Shown here piece by piece: positions 1 through 9,493 of a DNA stretch of 44,933 nt. The DNA is taken from positions 1-44,933 of the forward strand of contig JAWVGK010000391.1 in the NCBI GenBank assembly GCA_033855155.1, read 5' to 3'. The DNA comes from Solirubrobacteraceae bacterium (GTDB taxonomy: Bacteria; Actinomycetota; Thermoleophilia; Solirubrobacterales; Solirubrobacteraceae). The notes beneath the pieces were generated by a model that saw only the letters and a list, made by a program, of their open reading frames with translations, did not search any database and had not been told where the DNA came from. Position numbers and translations under genes: made by a program. The first letter of the stretch is position 1. Each line of letters starts with the position of its first letter.

Positions 1-1913
1 TCGAGCGCGATCCGCACACCGACGCCGCGCAGGTCGTCGAGCTGCTCGGTCGCGAGCTGGCCCTCGCCGGTGACCATCGTCTCGGCGACCTCGAGCACCA
101 GCCGGTGCGGCGCCAGCCCGCTGCCGCGCAGGGCACGCGAGACGGTTGCAGCCAGGCCGGGCGCAGCGAAGTGGCGCGCGGAGACGTTGACGTGGACCGC
201 CGGAAGCGGTCCCGCGGGGTCATCGCCGAGCACGCCGTCCCAGACGGCGAGCTCGCAGCAGGCGATCGACAGGATCTCGGCGCCGAGCGGGACTGCGAGC
301 CCGCTGGCCTCGGCGGCCGCCAGGAACTGCGCCGGCGCGAGCAGGCCGTGCTCGGGATGCTGCCAGCGCACGAACGCCTCGACGGCCATGATCCTGCCGC
401 TCGAGAGGTCGACGATCGGCTGGTAGTGCAGGCGCAGCTCGCCGTCGGTCAGCGCGCGGCGCAACCCCTGCTCGATCTCCGCCGCGTGCAGCAGCCGCCG
501 GCGCATCCCCTGCGTCGCGAGCTCCGCGCGCGCGCCGCCGCGCTCGCGCGCGCGGGTCGCCGCGACGGTCGCGGTGCGCAGCACGTCGGAGACCGTGCCG
601 GCGCCGCGCTCGGTCAGCACGACGCCGATGCTCGCCGTCAGCGACAGCTCGCGCCCGCCCGCGAGCAACGGCTCGCTGAGCGCCGCGCCGATGCGCTCGG
701 CGATGACGAGCGCCTCCGCGTCGGAGGCGACGCCGGGGACGAGCACCGCGAAGTCGTCGCCGGCGAGTCGCCCGGCGGTCGCGTCGGCGGGCAGCACGCC
801 GGCCAGGCGCGCGCCGACGCCGACGAGGACCTCGTCGCCGGTGCCGTAGCCGAAGCCGTCGTTGAGCCTGCCGAAGCCGTCGACGTCGACGAACAGGACC
901 GCCGCGTCGCCCTGCCCGCGGCGCGCGCGGTCGAGCGCCTGCTGCAGGCGGTTCTCGAACAGCGGCCTGTTCGCGAGGCCGGTCAGCGGATCCTGGAGCC
1001 CCAGGCGGGTGATCTCCTCGTCGGCCCGCCAGCGCGCGATCGCCGTGCCGACGACGTTCGCGATCGCCTGCGCGAAGCCGATGTCCTCCGGGCCGATTGC
1101 GAGCGGGTCGTCGGATGCGACCGCGAGCATCCCGAGCGTTGCGTCGCGGGGGCCCTGCAGCGCGACGCTCAGCACGGACACCATTCCCTGCGCGACGAGC
1201 AGGCCGTCGCCGGCGACGTCGGTCACCTCGTCGCCGCTCAGCAGCAGCGAGCCGCCGGCATCGATCGTGCGCCGCAGCATCGCCGCCTGCGTCGCTCCCG
1301 CCGGCTCGCCGTGGCCGGCGAGCGGGCCGAGGCCGATCGCCGACTCGCGCCGCAGCCCACCGTCGGGCTCGACCGTCAGCGCGCTGCCGCGCTCGAGGCC
1401 CATGCCCTCCAGCAGCGTCGCGAGGCCCGAGGCGCAGAGGCTCTCGGGGTCCAGGCCCGCGAGCGCGCTCTGACCGAGCGCGACGACGAGCGCCTGGCGC
1501 GCGATGCGCTCGGCGCGCTCCTGCTCGACGAGCTTGTGGTCGGTGATGTCGCGGATGAAGCCGGTGTAGGTCGCCTGCGAGCCGCTCATCCGCGTGATCG
1601 CGAGCTCGACGGGGAAGGTCGTGCCGTCCGAGCGCTGGGCCTCGAGCTCGACGCGCTTGTCGAGGATCCGGCTGTCGGCGCCCTGCAGCAGGCGCAGCAG
1701 CCCCGCGCGGTGGCTCGCGCGCCTGGCGGGCGGCACGATCAGCTCGGCCATGTCCTCGCCGATCACGGCGTCGCGCGCGTAGCCGAACATCCGCTCGGCG
1801 GCCGGGTTGAACTCGAGCACCCGGCCGTGCGCGTCGATCGAGACGATCGCGTCGAGCGAGGCCCGCAGCACCGTTGCGTCGACCTGCGCCGACGGGATGA
1901 TCGCGAGATCCAT
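1..1913 (-). CDS. PAS-GAF-GGDEF-EAL c-di-GMP signalling protein; its 3' end runs off the left edge
   Basis: Absent from the ORF track because it has no stop inside the window. My own translation of the minus strand from ATG (complement of 1911-1913) stays open down to position 3. It reads MDLAIIPSAQVDATVLRASLDAIVSIDAHGRVLEFNPAAERMFGY (PAS); LGLQDPLTGLANRPLFENRL...VLFVDVDGFGRLNDGFGYGTGDEVL...RLAGDDFAVL (GGDEF fold); LRLHYQPIVDLSSGRIMAVEAFVRWQHPEHGLL (EAL fold). Track ORFs 105..1952(+) and 220..2202(-) are off-frame artefacts of this gene. Confidence 0.85.
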   Translation of the reverse strand, partial: MDLAIIPSAQVDATVLRASLDAIVSIDAHGRVLEFNPAAERMFGYARDAVIGEDMAELIVPPARRASHRAGLLRLLQGADSRILDKRVELEAQRSDGTTFPVELAITRMSGSQATYTGFIRDITDHKLVEQERAERIARQALVVALGQSALAGLDPESLCASGLATLLEGMGLERGSALTVEPDGGLRRESAIGLGPLAGHGEPAGATQAAMLRRTIDAGGSLLLSGDEVTDVAGDGLLVAQGMVSVLSVALQGPRDATLGMLAVASDDPLAIGPEDIGFAQAIANVVGTAIARWRADEEITRLGLQDPLTGLANRPLFENRLQQALDRARRGQGDAAVLFVDVDGFGRLNDGFGYGTGDEVLVGVGARLAGVLPADATAGRLAGDDFAVLVPGVASDAEALVIAERIGAALSEPLLAGGRELSLTASIGVVLTERGAGTVSDVLRTATVAATRARERGGARAELATQGMRRRLLHAAEIEQGLRRALTDGELRLHYQPIVDLSSGRIMAVEAFVRWQHPEHGLLAPAQFLAAAEASGLAVPLGAEILSIACCELAVWDGVLGDDPAGPLPAVHVNVSARHFAAPGLAATVSRALRGSGLAPHRLVLEVAETMVTGEGQLATEQLDDLRGVGVRIAL

Positions 1914-2016
1914 GCCTTAAGGAGATGTCGGCGTTTGGGCGTCGCGGCTTGAGCCGCGCGGCGCTCGATCGAGCCTCCACACGCCGAACGCGCTCCGGCG
2001 TGGCACGATCGACGGC

Positions 2017-3414
2017 GTGGCCTCCGTCACACCGACCCTCGCCGATCCCGCCGACCCGCTCGGAAAGCTCCAGCGCGGGCTCGGCTCGGGCTACCTGTGG
2101 GCGCTGGACGCCGACCGCGCCGTCGGCGCCGCGCTGCTCGTGCACTGCATCTTCAACGACCCGCGCTGGGACCGCCAGCTCGACGATCGCGACGACTACC
2201 ACGCGACGCTCGCGCTCGACATCGCACTCGACCTGCGCCCGCTGGAGGCGTGGCTGCAGTCAAGCGGCGAGGAGGACGGCGAGACCGCGCACGACGTGCT
2301 GGCGGTGCTCGGGCGGATGTCGATCCGCGGCCACGAGGACGCGCGCCGCGTGCTGCGCGAGTACGTCGCCTACGGCGCGGCCTGGGCGCGCGCGATCGAG
2401 AGCCTCGTCGGCGACGGCTCGACGCCGCGCGGCGCGGCGCCCTGGCCGGAGGTCGTCGGCGGCCTCGACGCCGTCCTGCTCGAGCGCTTCGCGACCCAGG
2501 ACGCGCTCGACGAGGCGCTCTCCGGGATCGACCCGCGCGTGCGTCCGTGGACGCTGTGGTCGGTCGAGAACCCGCAGATCGCGCGCGCGCTCGCGCTCGA
2601 CCAGACCCATACGCCGGCGCCCAACCGCGCCTGGCGCCCGCGCGAGCGCCAGCCCAAGCCGCACGAGCTGATGACCGTCGAGCTGCTCGGCATCGAGGAG
2701 AGCTCGCGCTGGGCGCAGATCGCCGAGGAGCTCGCGACGCGCACGACCGACGAGGACGTGATGTTGCTGCTCGCGGCGGCCAACGCGCCGGACCTGCCGA
2801 TGCGCCGCGCGGCGATCCTCGCGCTCGGCCAGCAGGGCCGCCGCGAGGTGCTCGCGATCGCCGAGCAGAACACGCACCAGGCGGAGCGCGGCAAGCTGCA
2901 GGGCGCGATCGCGCTGGCGCTCGAGGCGATGCCGCTGTCGCAGACGCGCGCGCTCGCGCACGATTGGCTGACCGCCGACGACTGGGCGCGGCGGCGCAAG
3001 GCCGCGGGCCTGCTCGCGACGTGGGCCGAGGACGAGGACCTCGCGCCCGCGCGCGACGCGCTCACGCGTGAGCTCGATCGCGGCCTCGACGGCGACGTCT
3101 ACGTCGTCTGCTCGCTGGCCGAGGCGCTCGGGCGCTGCGCCGTGCACGGCCCGTTCGAGGAGCTCACGCGCGCGTACGAGCAGATCCCGTACTCCTACGG
3201 CCGGCGCTACGTCGTCGCCGCGCTGGCGGCGGCCGACCCGACGTTCGCCGGAGACGTCGCCGTCGAGTGCCTGTGGGACTGCGAGCGCGAGACGCGGGCG
3301 CTGGCGGCCGAGCGCGTCGACCGCCGCGTACGCCTGGCGACGCAGCGCCTCGAAGAGCTGCGCGGCGACGAGGCCCAGGCCGCGTCCGTGCGCCGGGCGG
3401 CTGCGACCTCCTAA
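2017..3414 (+). CDS. Hypothetical protein, helical HEAT/ARM-like repeat appearance
   Basis: Track ORF of 465 aa with a GTG start. The composition is protein-like rather than low-complexity, e.g. DPRWDRQLDDRDDYHATLALDIALDL and RRAAILALGQQGRREVLAIAEQ...AIALALEAMP. I recognise no catalytic motif. Confidence 0.6.
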   Translation: MASVTPTLADPADPLGKLQRGLGSGYLWALDADRAVGAALLVHCIFNDPRWDRQLDDRDDYHATLALDIALDLRPLEAWLQSSGEEDGETAHDVLAVLGRMSIRGHEDARRVLREYVAYGAAWARAIESLVGDGSTPRGAAPWPEVVGGLDAVLLERFATQDALDEALSGIDPRVRPWTLWSVENPQIARALALDQTHTPAPNRAWRPRERQPKPHELMTVELLGIEESSRWAQIAEELATRTTDEDVMLLLAAANAPDLPMRRAAILALGQQGRREVLAIAEQNTHQAERGKLQGAIALALEAMPLSQTRALAHDWLTADDWARRRKAAGLLATWAEDEDLAPARDALTRELDRGLDGDVYVVCSLAEALGRCAVHGPFEELTRAYEQIPYSYGRRYVVAALAAADPTFAGDVAVECLWDCERETRALAAERVDRRVRLATQRLEELRGDEAQAASVRRAAATS

Positions 3415-3444
3415 GTCCGGATCCGGACTAAGCTGAGGGGTCAC

Positions 3445-4866
3445 ATGACAGCTTTTGCCGATCTCGGCCTTTCAGACAGCACGCTCGGAGCACTGCAGGA
3501 CGTCGGCTACGAACAGCCGAGCCCGATTCAGGAACAGGCCATCCCGCCGATGCTGGAGGGCCGCGACGTCATCGGCCAGGCGCAGACCGGCTCCGGCAAG
3601 ACGGCCGCCTTCGGCCTGCCGATCATCGAGTACGTCGATCCGACCGAGCCCGAGGTGCAGGCGCTCGTCCTCACGCCGACACGCGAGCTCTGCATCCAGG
3701 TCACCCAGGCGATCCGCGCCTACGCCCAGCGCAAGGGCGCCGACGTCGTCGCCGTCTTCGGCGGCGCGCCGATCCGCACCCAGCAGGCACAGCTGAAGGC
3801 CGGCGGCCACATCGTCGTCGGCACCGTCGGCCGCGTGCTCGACCTCATCAACCGCCGCTCGCTCGTGCTCGACGCATGCCGCTTCGTCGTGCTCGACGAG
3901 GCCGACGAGATGCTCGACCTCGGCTTCCTCGAAGACGTCGAGAAGATCCTGCGCCTGACGCCCAACAGCCGCCAGACTGCGCTGTTCAGTGCGACGATGC
4001 CGCCGCCGATCCGCGCGCTCGCCGACAACTACCTCTATGACCCGGTGCTCGTGCAGGTCCAGTCGGCGACGCTGACCGTCGACTCCGTCGAGCAGTTCCA
4101 GGTCGACGTCAAGACCGCCGACAAGGCCGACAAGCTCGTCGAGGTGCTCGAGGCCGAGAAGCCCGACCAGGCGATCGTCTTCGTGCGCACGAAGATCCGC
4201 ACCGACCAGCTCTACAAGAAGATGCGCGACAGGGGCTTCAACGTCAAGGCGCTGCACGGCGACATGACGCAGGGCTCGCGCGACGGCGTGATGCTCGGCT
4301 TCAAGGGCGGCCGCGTGCCGATCCTCGTCGCGACCGACGTCGCCGCGCGCGGACTGGACATCTCGACCGTCACGCACGTCGTGAACTTCGACGTCCCGCG
4401 CTCGCCCGACGTCTACGTGCACCGCATCGGGCGCACCGGCCGCGTCGGGCGCTCGGGCCGCGCGATCACGTTCGTCGAGCCCAAGCAGGAGAAGGAGCTC
4501 GAGGCGATCGAGCGCCACGTCGGGACCGCGATCTCGCCGTGGACGCCGGGCGCGCAGGTCGAGCCGGCGAAGGTCACCGAGCGTCCCAAGCGCCACGACA
4601 AGCCGCGGCTCAAGCACAACGGCGACGAGCAGTACGCGAAGCTCATCGTCAGCGGCGGGCGCTCGGCCGGGATCGAGGTCGCCGACCTCGTCGGCGCCGT
4701 GACGCGGGCGGCGGCCGTCGACGGCGAGGCCGTGCGCAACGTCAAGGTGCTCGAGCACTTCGCGTTCCTGTCGGTCCCGGCGCAGGACGCCGAGCGCATC
4801 GCGGCGGCGGTCGACGGCGAGCGCGTGCGCGGCCGGCGCATCCGCGTCGAGCCGGCGAAGGTCTGA
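3445..4866 (+). CDS. DEAD-box ATP-dependent RNA helicase with a DbpA/DeaD-type C-terminal RNA-binding domain
   Basis: Q-motif (YEQPSPIQEQAIP), Walker A (AQTGSGKTAAF), VLDEADEMLD, SAT, and HRIGRTGRVGRSG. The C-terminal region is YAKLIVSGGRSAGIEVADLVGAV...RRIRVEPAK. A GAGGGG RBS precedes the ATG. Confidence 0.95.
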   Translation: MTAFADLGLSDSTLGALQDVGYEQPSPIQEQAIPPMLEGRDVIGQAQTGSGKTAAFGLPIIEYVDPTEPEVQALVLTPTRELCIQVTQAIRAYAQRKGADVVAVFGGAPIRTQQAQLKAGGHIVVGTVGRVLDLINRRSLVLDACRFVVLDEADEMLDLGFLEDVEKILRLTPNSRQTALFSATMPPPIRALADNYLYDPVLVQVQSATLTVDSVEQFQVDVKTADKADKLVEVLEAEKPDQAIVFVRTKIRTDQLYKKMRDRGFNVKALHGDMTQGSRDGVMLGFKGGRVPILVATDVAARGLDISTVTHVVNFDVPRSPDVYVHRIGRTGRVGRSGRAITFVEPKQEKELEAIERHVGTAISPWTPGAQVEPAKVTERPKRHDKPRLKHNGDEQYAKLIVSGGRSAGIEVADLVGAVTRAAAVDGEAVRNVKVLEHFAFLSVPAQDAERIAAAVDGERVRGRRIRVEPAKV

Positions 4867-4868
4867 CG

Positions 4869-6296
4869 ATGGCCGTGGCCGACGTCCACGACGCAAGGAC
4901 GCCGGCCGCACGATCCGCCGCCGGCAAGCAGGCGCGCGAGCAGGCCGGGCGATCGAGCCACGGCTCGTGGCGGCCGGCGGACGACCGCTCCGATCCCGTC
5001 GACGTCCTGCTCGACCAGGCGAAGGGCCGCGTCGCGGAGCTGCTGCCGCTGCGCTACGGACGGATGCTCGTCTCGCCGTTCTCGTTCTATCGCGGCGCGG
5101 CCGCGATCATGGCCGCCGACCTCGCCGCGACGCCGACCTCCGGCCTGACGGTGCAGCTGTGCGGCGACGCGCACCTGTCGAACTTCGGGACGTTCTCCTC
5201 GCCCGAGCGCGAGCTCGTCTTCGCCATCAGCGACTTCGACGAGACGCTGCCGGGCCCGTGGGAGTGGGACGTCAAGCGCCTCGCCGCGAGCGTCTGCATC
5301 GCCGGTCGCGATCGCGACTTCACGGGGCGCCAGGTCAAGGCCGCGGTGCTCGGCACCGTCGCCGCCTATCGCGAGGCGATGAACGGCTTCGCCAAGCGCG
5401 GCAACCTCGACGTCTGGTATGCCGACGTCGAGGTCGACCGCGTCTCGCGCCTGCTGCGCGAGGGCGTCGACGTCAAGGGCATGCGCAAGCTCGAGCGAGA
5501 GCTCGACGGGGCCCGCCGCAACACGAGCGTCAAGGCCGCGGGCAAGCTGACGGAGACCGTCGGCGGCGAGACGCGCTTCCTCCACAAGCCGCCGCTGCTC
5601 GTCCCGATCGACCAGCTGTTGCCCGCCGACGATGCCGAGACCGCCCGCAACAACGTGCTGGGCCTGCTGGCCGGCTACCGCGAGAGCCTGCCCGAGAGCC
5701 GCCGCGCGCTGCTGGACGGCTACCGCTACGTGGACGTCGCGCGCAAGGTCGTCGGAGTCGGCAGCGTCGGCCTGCGCGTCTGGGTGATCCTGCTGCACGG
5801 TCGCGACGGCAACGACCCGCTGCTGCTGCAGGCCAAGGAGGCGACCGCGTCGGTGCTCGAGCGCCATCTGCCGGCGCCGGCGGGCGCCGGCCACGCCGAG
5901 CGCGTCGTCGAGGGCCAGAAGCTCATGCAGACGGTGAGCGACATCTTCCTCGGCTGGCACGTCGCCCGGGGCCCCGACGGCGGCGCGCGCGGACGCAAGC
6001 GCGACTACTACGTGCGCCAGGCCGCCGACGGCAAGGGGGCGATCGACGTCTCGCTGCTGCTGCCGGGCGGGCTGGCTGCGTACGGACGCCTGTGTGCCTG
6101 GACGCTGGCGCGCGCCCACGCGCGCTCTGGAGACCGCATCGCGATCTCCGGCTACCTCGGCGGCGGCGACGCGTTCGACGACGCGGTCGCGGTGTTCGCC
6201 GACCGTTACGCCGACCGCAACGAGGCCGACTACCAGGCGCTGCGTGCGGCGGTCGCCGCGGGCCGCGTACAGGCGGCGAGCGACGACCCGGAGTAG
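4869..6296 (+). CDS. DUF2252 family protein
   Basis: In frame within track ORF 4539..6296. I chose the ATG at 4869, 3 nt after the helicase stop. Family-typical blocks: LPLRYGRMLVSPFSFYRGAAAIMAADL, CGDAHLSNFGTFSSPERELVFAISDFDETLPGPWEWDVKRLAAS. Confidence 0.85.
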   Translation: MAVADVHDARTPAARSAAGKQAREQAGRSSHGSWRPADDRSDPVDVLLDQAKGRVAELLPLRYGRMLVSPFSFYRGAAAIMAADLAATPTSGLTVQLCGDAHLSNFGTFSSPERELVFAISDFDETLPGPWEWDVKRLAASVCIAGRDRDFTGRQVKAAVLGTVAAYREAMNGFAKRGNLDVWYADVEVDRVSRLLREGVDVKGMRKLERELDGARRNTSVKAAGKLTETVGGETRFLHKPPLLVPIDQLLPADDAETARNNVLGLLAGYRESLPESRRALLDGYRYVDVARKVVGVGSVGLRVWVILLHGRDGNDPLLLQAKEATASVLERHLPAPAGAGHAERVVEGQKLMQTVSDIFLGWHVARGPDGGARGRKRDYYVRQAADGKGAIDVSLLLPGGLAAYGRLCAWTLARAHARSGDRIAISGYLGGGDAFDDAVAVFADRYADRNEADYQALRAAVAAGRVQAASDDPE

Positions 6297-6309
6297 GGCT
6301 CGACGATGC

Positions 6310-6552
6310 CGCCGAGGGGTCCAGAACCCGTCGGTGCCGGGTGCGACCTCAGCGCTCCACCGTCGGACCGAGCATCGCGTGGGTCGTCGCGCTGTGCGGG
6401 CCGGCAAGGACGCGCTGCGGCGGGCGTGACCATATGGCACGGACAACATGGGCGTGGTGCCCAATGCGCTGTTGACCGAGCGCATCACGCGACTCGGGCC
6501 GGCCAAGCTCGCTGAGCTCTGCGCTGCGCTCGACGTCGCCACCGATTGCTAA
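6310..6552 (+). pseudogene. Possible decayed MazF/PemK-type toxin remnant, interrupted by a stop and internally deleted
   Basis: A single frame reads ...HRVGRRAVRAGKDALRRA*PYGTDNMGVVPNALLTERITRLGPAKLAELCAALDVATDC*. The first part resembles the MazF GRRPAVV(L)S.DALNR block. The tail resembles the MazF C-terminus (L.ERIG.L....L..V..AL). There is an in-frame TGA at 6427-6429, and about 40 aa of the middle are missing. No antitoxin gene is seen. Confidence 0.3.
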
Positions 6553-7035
6553 GGGCACGTTCGCGATCGGCGGCGATACCGGGCGACGATCGGCCGGCGA
6601 CCGCTACGGACGGAAGGCCCTCGCCACGGCGACGGGAATACGCGAGAAAGATTCTCTACGTCAACCGCATTGATGGCCGGAGGCTGGCCGCGCGCACGCC
6701 TCGTTGAGCCGCCGCTCTGAGGCGAGCCGGCCAGCGCCGTCAATCCAGGCTCTGGCCATCCAGAGCGTCGCTGCCTTGCTGAGGGATGGAGCGACTGCTG
6801 AAGGCCCCGTGGCCCGGCTCCGTCAGCGATGTCGTTCTTCCGACGGCAGGGCCAGGGCGCTGGCCACACGAGAAGACGATCGCGCGCGAACGCGACCTCG
6901 GCCGGCGAGTCAACTTCTGCGAGCCACTCGGAGCGCCGATGACCGCCACCCTCCTGGAGGCCATCACCGCCAATCCGCGGCGGCGCTCGCGCCCAGCGCG
7001 ACTCGCCCGCGCGGGGCGCGTTACCCTCTGAGACC

Positions 7036-8127
7036 GTGGCGCTGCTGTTGAGAGATCGTGACGCGACCTCCGAGGTCGCAGGCGACCCGCCCGGCGGCGG
7101 TGCGCCGGTGCTCGCCCCGGACTTCGCCTGCGAGTCCTGCGGCGCGGCGATGGTGCCCGGCCAGGACTGGTGCCTGGACTGCGGCACGGCGGCGCCAGGA
7201 CGGCTCGGCGCCCGCCCGGGCTGGCGCGCCGCCTTCACCGTCGTCGCAGTCACGATGCTGCTCGTCGTCGGCGCCGTCGTCGCGAGCTACGCCGCGCTGA
7301 CGAGCGACGCCGAGCGCAAGGCCGCCGCACCGTCGACCGGCGACGGTGCGCCGATCGCCGCGCCGGGGCCCGCCGTCGCAGCGCCCGTCGCACCGGTCAC
7401 GCCGGGCGCGACCGGACCGGGCACCGTGCCGCCGGCCGCCGGCGCGATCCCCGGCGTCGCCCCGGGAACCGCGCCCGGCACGACCCCCGGCACGACGCCC
7501 GGAACGATCCCCGGCGCGACGCCCGGCGCGGTCCCCGGCACCGGCCAGACGATCATCCCGACGGCGCCGCAGGCGCCCGCGACGAACACCCTGGTGAAGC
7601 CGCCCGCCGCCACGCCGCCCGCCGCCGGCGCGACGCCACAGCAGCCCGCCGCCACTCCCGCGCCGAAGCCGGAGATCGTCAAGCTCGGCGCCGACGCCGC
7701 GTCGACGTATGACCCCGGCAAGCGGGCGGGCGCCGAGTTCGGTCCCGCGAAGCTCGCGATCGACAAGAGCCAGAAGAGCGTCTGGGACGTGACCGTGCCC
7801 GCCGACGGCAAACCTATCGGCGCGGGCCTGATGCTCGACCTCGGCAAGCCGTACGCGCTGCGCGCGCTGAAGATCGCGACGCCGACCAACGGCTTCCGGA
7901 TCGAGCTGTACGCGGCGGTGTCGGCGAAGGAGACGCCGCTGGACGTGCTCGACAAGCGCTGGCAGCACCTGACCGACATCGACGAGGTGCAGGACGGCAA
8001 GCCCGTCTCGCTGCTGAAGAAGGCCAAGGGCAAGTTCCAGCTGCTGCTGCTGTACGTGACCGACCCCGCCGACCCGTCCGATCCGCGCGCGGCGATCGCC
8101 GACGTGACGGTCGCCGGCACGCCGTAG
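7036..8127 (+). CDS. Membrane-anchored protein: N-terminal zinc ribbon, one TM helix, Pro/Gly/Thr-rich linker, C-terminal beta-rich (discoidin/galactose-binding-like) domain
   Basis: Track ORF of 363 aa with a GTG start. Zinc ribbon: [21 protein letters not shown] helix: [24 protein letters not shown]. The linker carries PGxx repeats. C-terminal region: [50 protein letters not shown]. Confidence 0.7.
   Translation: MALLLRDRDATSEVAGDPPGGGAPVLAPDFACESCGAAMVPGQDWCLDCGTAAPGRLGARPGWRAAFTVVAVTMLLVVGAVVASYAALTSDAERKAAAPSTGDGAPIAAPGPAVAAPVAPVTPGATGPGTVPPAAGAIPGVAPGTAPGTTPGTTPGTIPGATPGAVPGTGQTIIPTAPQAPATNTLVKPPAATPPAAGATPQQPAATPAPKPEIVKLGADAASTYDPGKRAGAEFGPAKLAIDKSQKSVWDVTVPADGKPIGAGLMLDLGKPYALRALKIATPTNGFRIELYAAVSAKETPLDVLDKRWQHLTDIDEVQDGKPVSLLKKAKGKFQLLLLYVTDPADPSDPRAAIADVTVAGTP
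7450..7545 (+). repeat. Eight tandem 12-nt (4-aa) in-frame repeats, CCC/CCG-GGN-NNN-NNN = P-G-x-x
   Basis: Read directly from the sequence: [32 protein letters not shown], inside the 7036..8127 CDS. Confidence 0.8.
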
Positions 8128-8155
8128 CCGCCGCGCACCCCGTAAGCTCCGGCCC

Positions 8156-8614
8156 ATGTCAGTAGCCGCCATGAGGACCACCGAAGGCGTCATCATCTTC
8201 GAGCTGTTCGACGCCGACGCGCCGAAGACCGTCGCGAACTTCCGCAAGCTCGCGAGCGAGGGCTTCTACGACGGGCTGTCGTTTCATCGCATCATCAAGG
8301 ACTTCATGGCGCAGGGCGGCTGTCCGGAGGGCACCGGCACCGGCGGCCCCGGCTACCAGTTCGAGGACGAGTTCAACGACCACAAGGTCGTCCGCGGCGC
8401 GCTTGCGATGGCGAACTCGGGGCCCAACACGAACGGCTCGCAGTTCTTCATCGTGACCGCCGACGAGGCGCCATGGCTGGACGGCAAGCACACGGTCTTC
8501 GGCCAGGTCGTCGAGGGCGAGGACGTGCTCGACCGCCTCAACAGCACGCCGACCAGCGGCGCCGACCGGCCGAAGGACGCGGTCCTCATCTCCTCGATCG
8601 AGCTCGGCGACTAG
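8156..8614 (+). CDS. Cyclophilin-type peptidyl-prolyl cis-trans isomerase
   Basis: Matching blocks: [78 protein letters not shown]. Confidence 0.95.
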   Translation: MSVAAMRTTEGVIIFELFDADAPKTVANFRKLASEGFYDGLSFHRIIKDFMAQGGCPEGTGTGGPGYQFEDEFNDHKVVRGALAMANSGPNTNGSQFFIVTADEAPWLDGKHTVFGQVVEGEDVLDRLNSTPTSGADRPKDAVLISSIELGD

Positions 8615-8625
8615 CGGCTCGCGCC

Positions 8626-8658
8626 GCGTCGCCGCCGCCAACGACAGCCCGGCGACGC
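8626..8658 (+). other. Intergenic stem-loop between the PPIase and uppP genes
   Basis: GCGTCGCCG (8626-8634) is the perfect reverse complement of CGGCGACGC (8650-8658), with a 15-nt loop. No U-tract follows, so it is not a classical intrinsic terminator. Confidence 0.3.
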
Positions 8659-8662
8659 ACGG

Positions 8663-9487
8663 GTGGGTCTCCTCCAAGCCATCGTCCTGGGCATCGTGCA
8701 GGGCCTGACCGAGTTCCTGCCGATCTCGAGCAGCGGCCACCTGCGCATCGTGCCGGCACTGCTGGGCTGGAAGGATCCCGGTGCCGCGTTCACCGCGGTC
8801 ATCCAGCTGGGCACGATGGCGGCCGTCGTGCTGTTCTTCCGCGCCGACCTGCTGCGCATCGCCCGCGCCTGGCTGGCGTCGCTGCGCGACCGCTCGCGGC
8901 GCGCCGACCTCGACGCGCGCCTGGGCTGGTACCTCATCCTCGCGACGATCCCGATCTCGATCCTCGGGCTCGCCTTCAAGGACAAGATCGAGAGCGGCGC
9001 CCGCGACCTGTACGTCATCGGCGCAGCGCTGATCGTGTTCGGGCTCGTGCTGCTGCTCGCCGAGCGGCTGTCGCGGCGCGATCGCGAGATCGCGCAGATC
9101 ACGCGCCGTGACGCCGTCGTCGTCGGCTTCGCGCAGGCGCTCGCGCTGGTCCCGGGCGTGTCGCGCTCGGGCGCGACGATCAGCGCCGGCCTGCTGCTCG
9201 GCTTCGAGCGCGTCGCGGCCGCGCGCTTCTCGTTCCTGCTGTCGATCCCGGCCGTCGTCCTGAGCGGGCTGTTCGAGCTCAAGGGCGTCCTCGACGGCAG
9301 CGCCCACGGTGCCGCCGGCGCGGGCGCGACGGCGGTCGCGACGCTGCTGGCGTTCGTCACGGGCTACGCGTCGATCGCGCTGCTGCTGCGCTTCCTGACG
9401 ACGCACACGACCGCGGTCTTCGTCGGCTACCGCGTCGTGCTCGGCGCGACCGTGCTGGCGCTCGCCGGCACGCACGCGATCTCGTAG
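8663..9487 (+). CDS. uppP: Undecaprenyl-diphosphate phosphatase (BacA/UppP)
   Basis: LLQAIVLGIVQGLTEFLPISSSGHL at the N-terminus, PGVSRSGATISAGLLLG, and a multi-TM profile. GTG start. Confidence 0.95.
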   Translation: MGLLQAIVLGIVQGLTEFLPISSSGHLRIVPALLGWKDPGAAFTAVIQLGTMAAVVLFFRADLLRIARAWLASLRDRSRRADLDARLGWYLILATIPISILGLAFKDKIESGARDLYVIGAALIVFGLVLLLAERLSRRDREIAQITRRDAVVVGFAQALALVPGVSRSGATISAGLLLGFERVAAARFSFLLSIPAVVLSGLFELKGVLDGSAHGAAGAGATAVATLLAFVTGYASIALLLRFLTTHTTAVFVGYRVVLGATVLALAGTHAIS

Positions 9488-9493
9488 CGCGGG

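Noticed and set aside
105-2202. Track ORFs 105..1952 (+, 615 aa) and 220..2202 (-, 660 aa).
   Set aside because: Both are extremely Arg/Ala/Gly/Asp-rich and low-complexity. A third frame on the minus strand gives a clean PAS-GAF-GGDEF-EAL protein over the same DNA. These are typical high-G+C shadow ORFs.
6786-7031. 81-aa ORF (MERLLKAPWPGSVSDVVLPTAGPGRWPHEK...).
   Set aside because: Third-position G+C is compatible with coding, but there is no family resemblance, no RBS and an Arg-rich tail. I mention it under the non-coding-region finding rather than calling it a gene.
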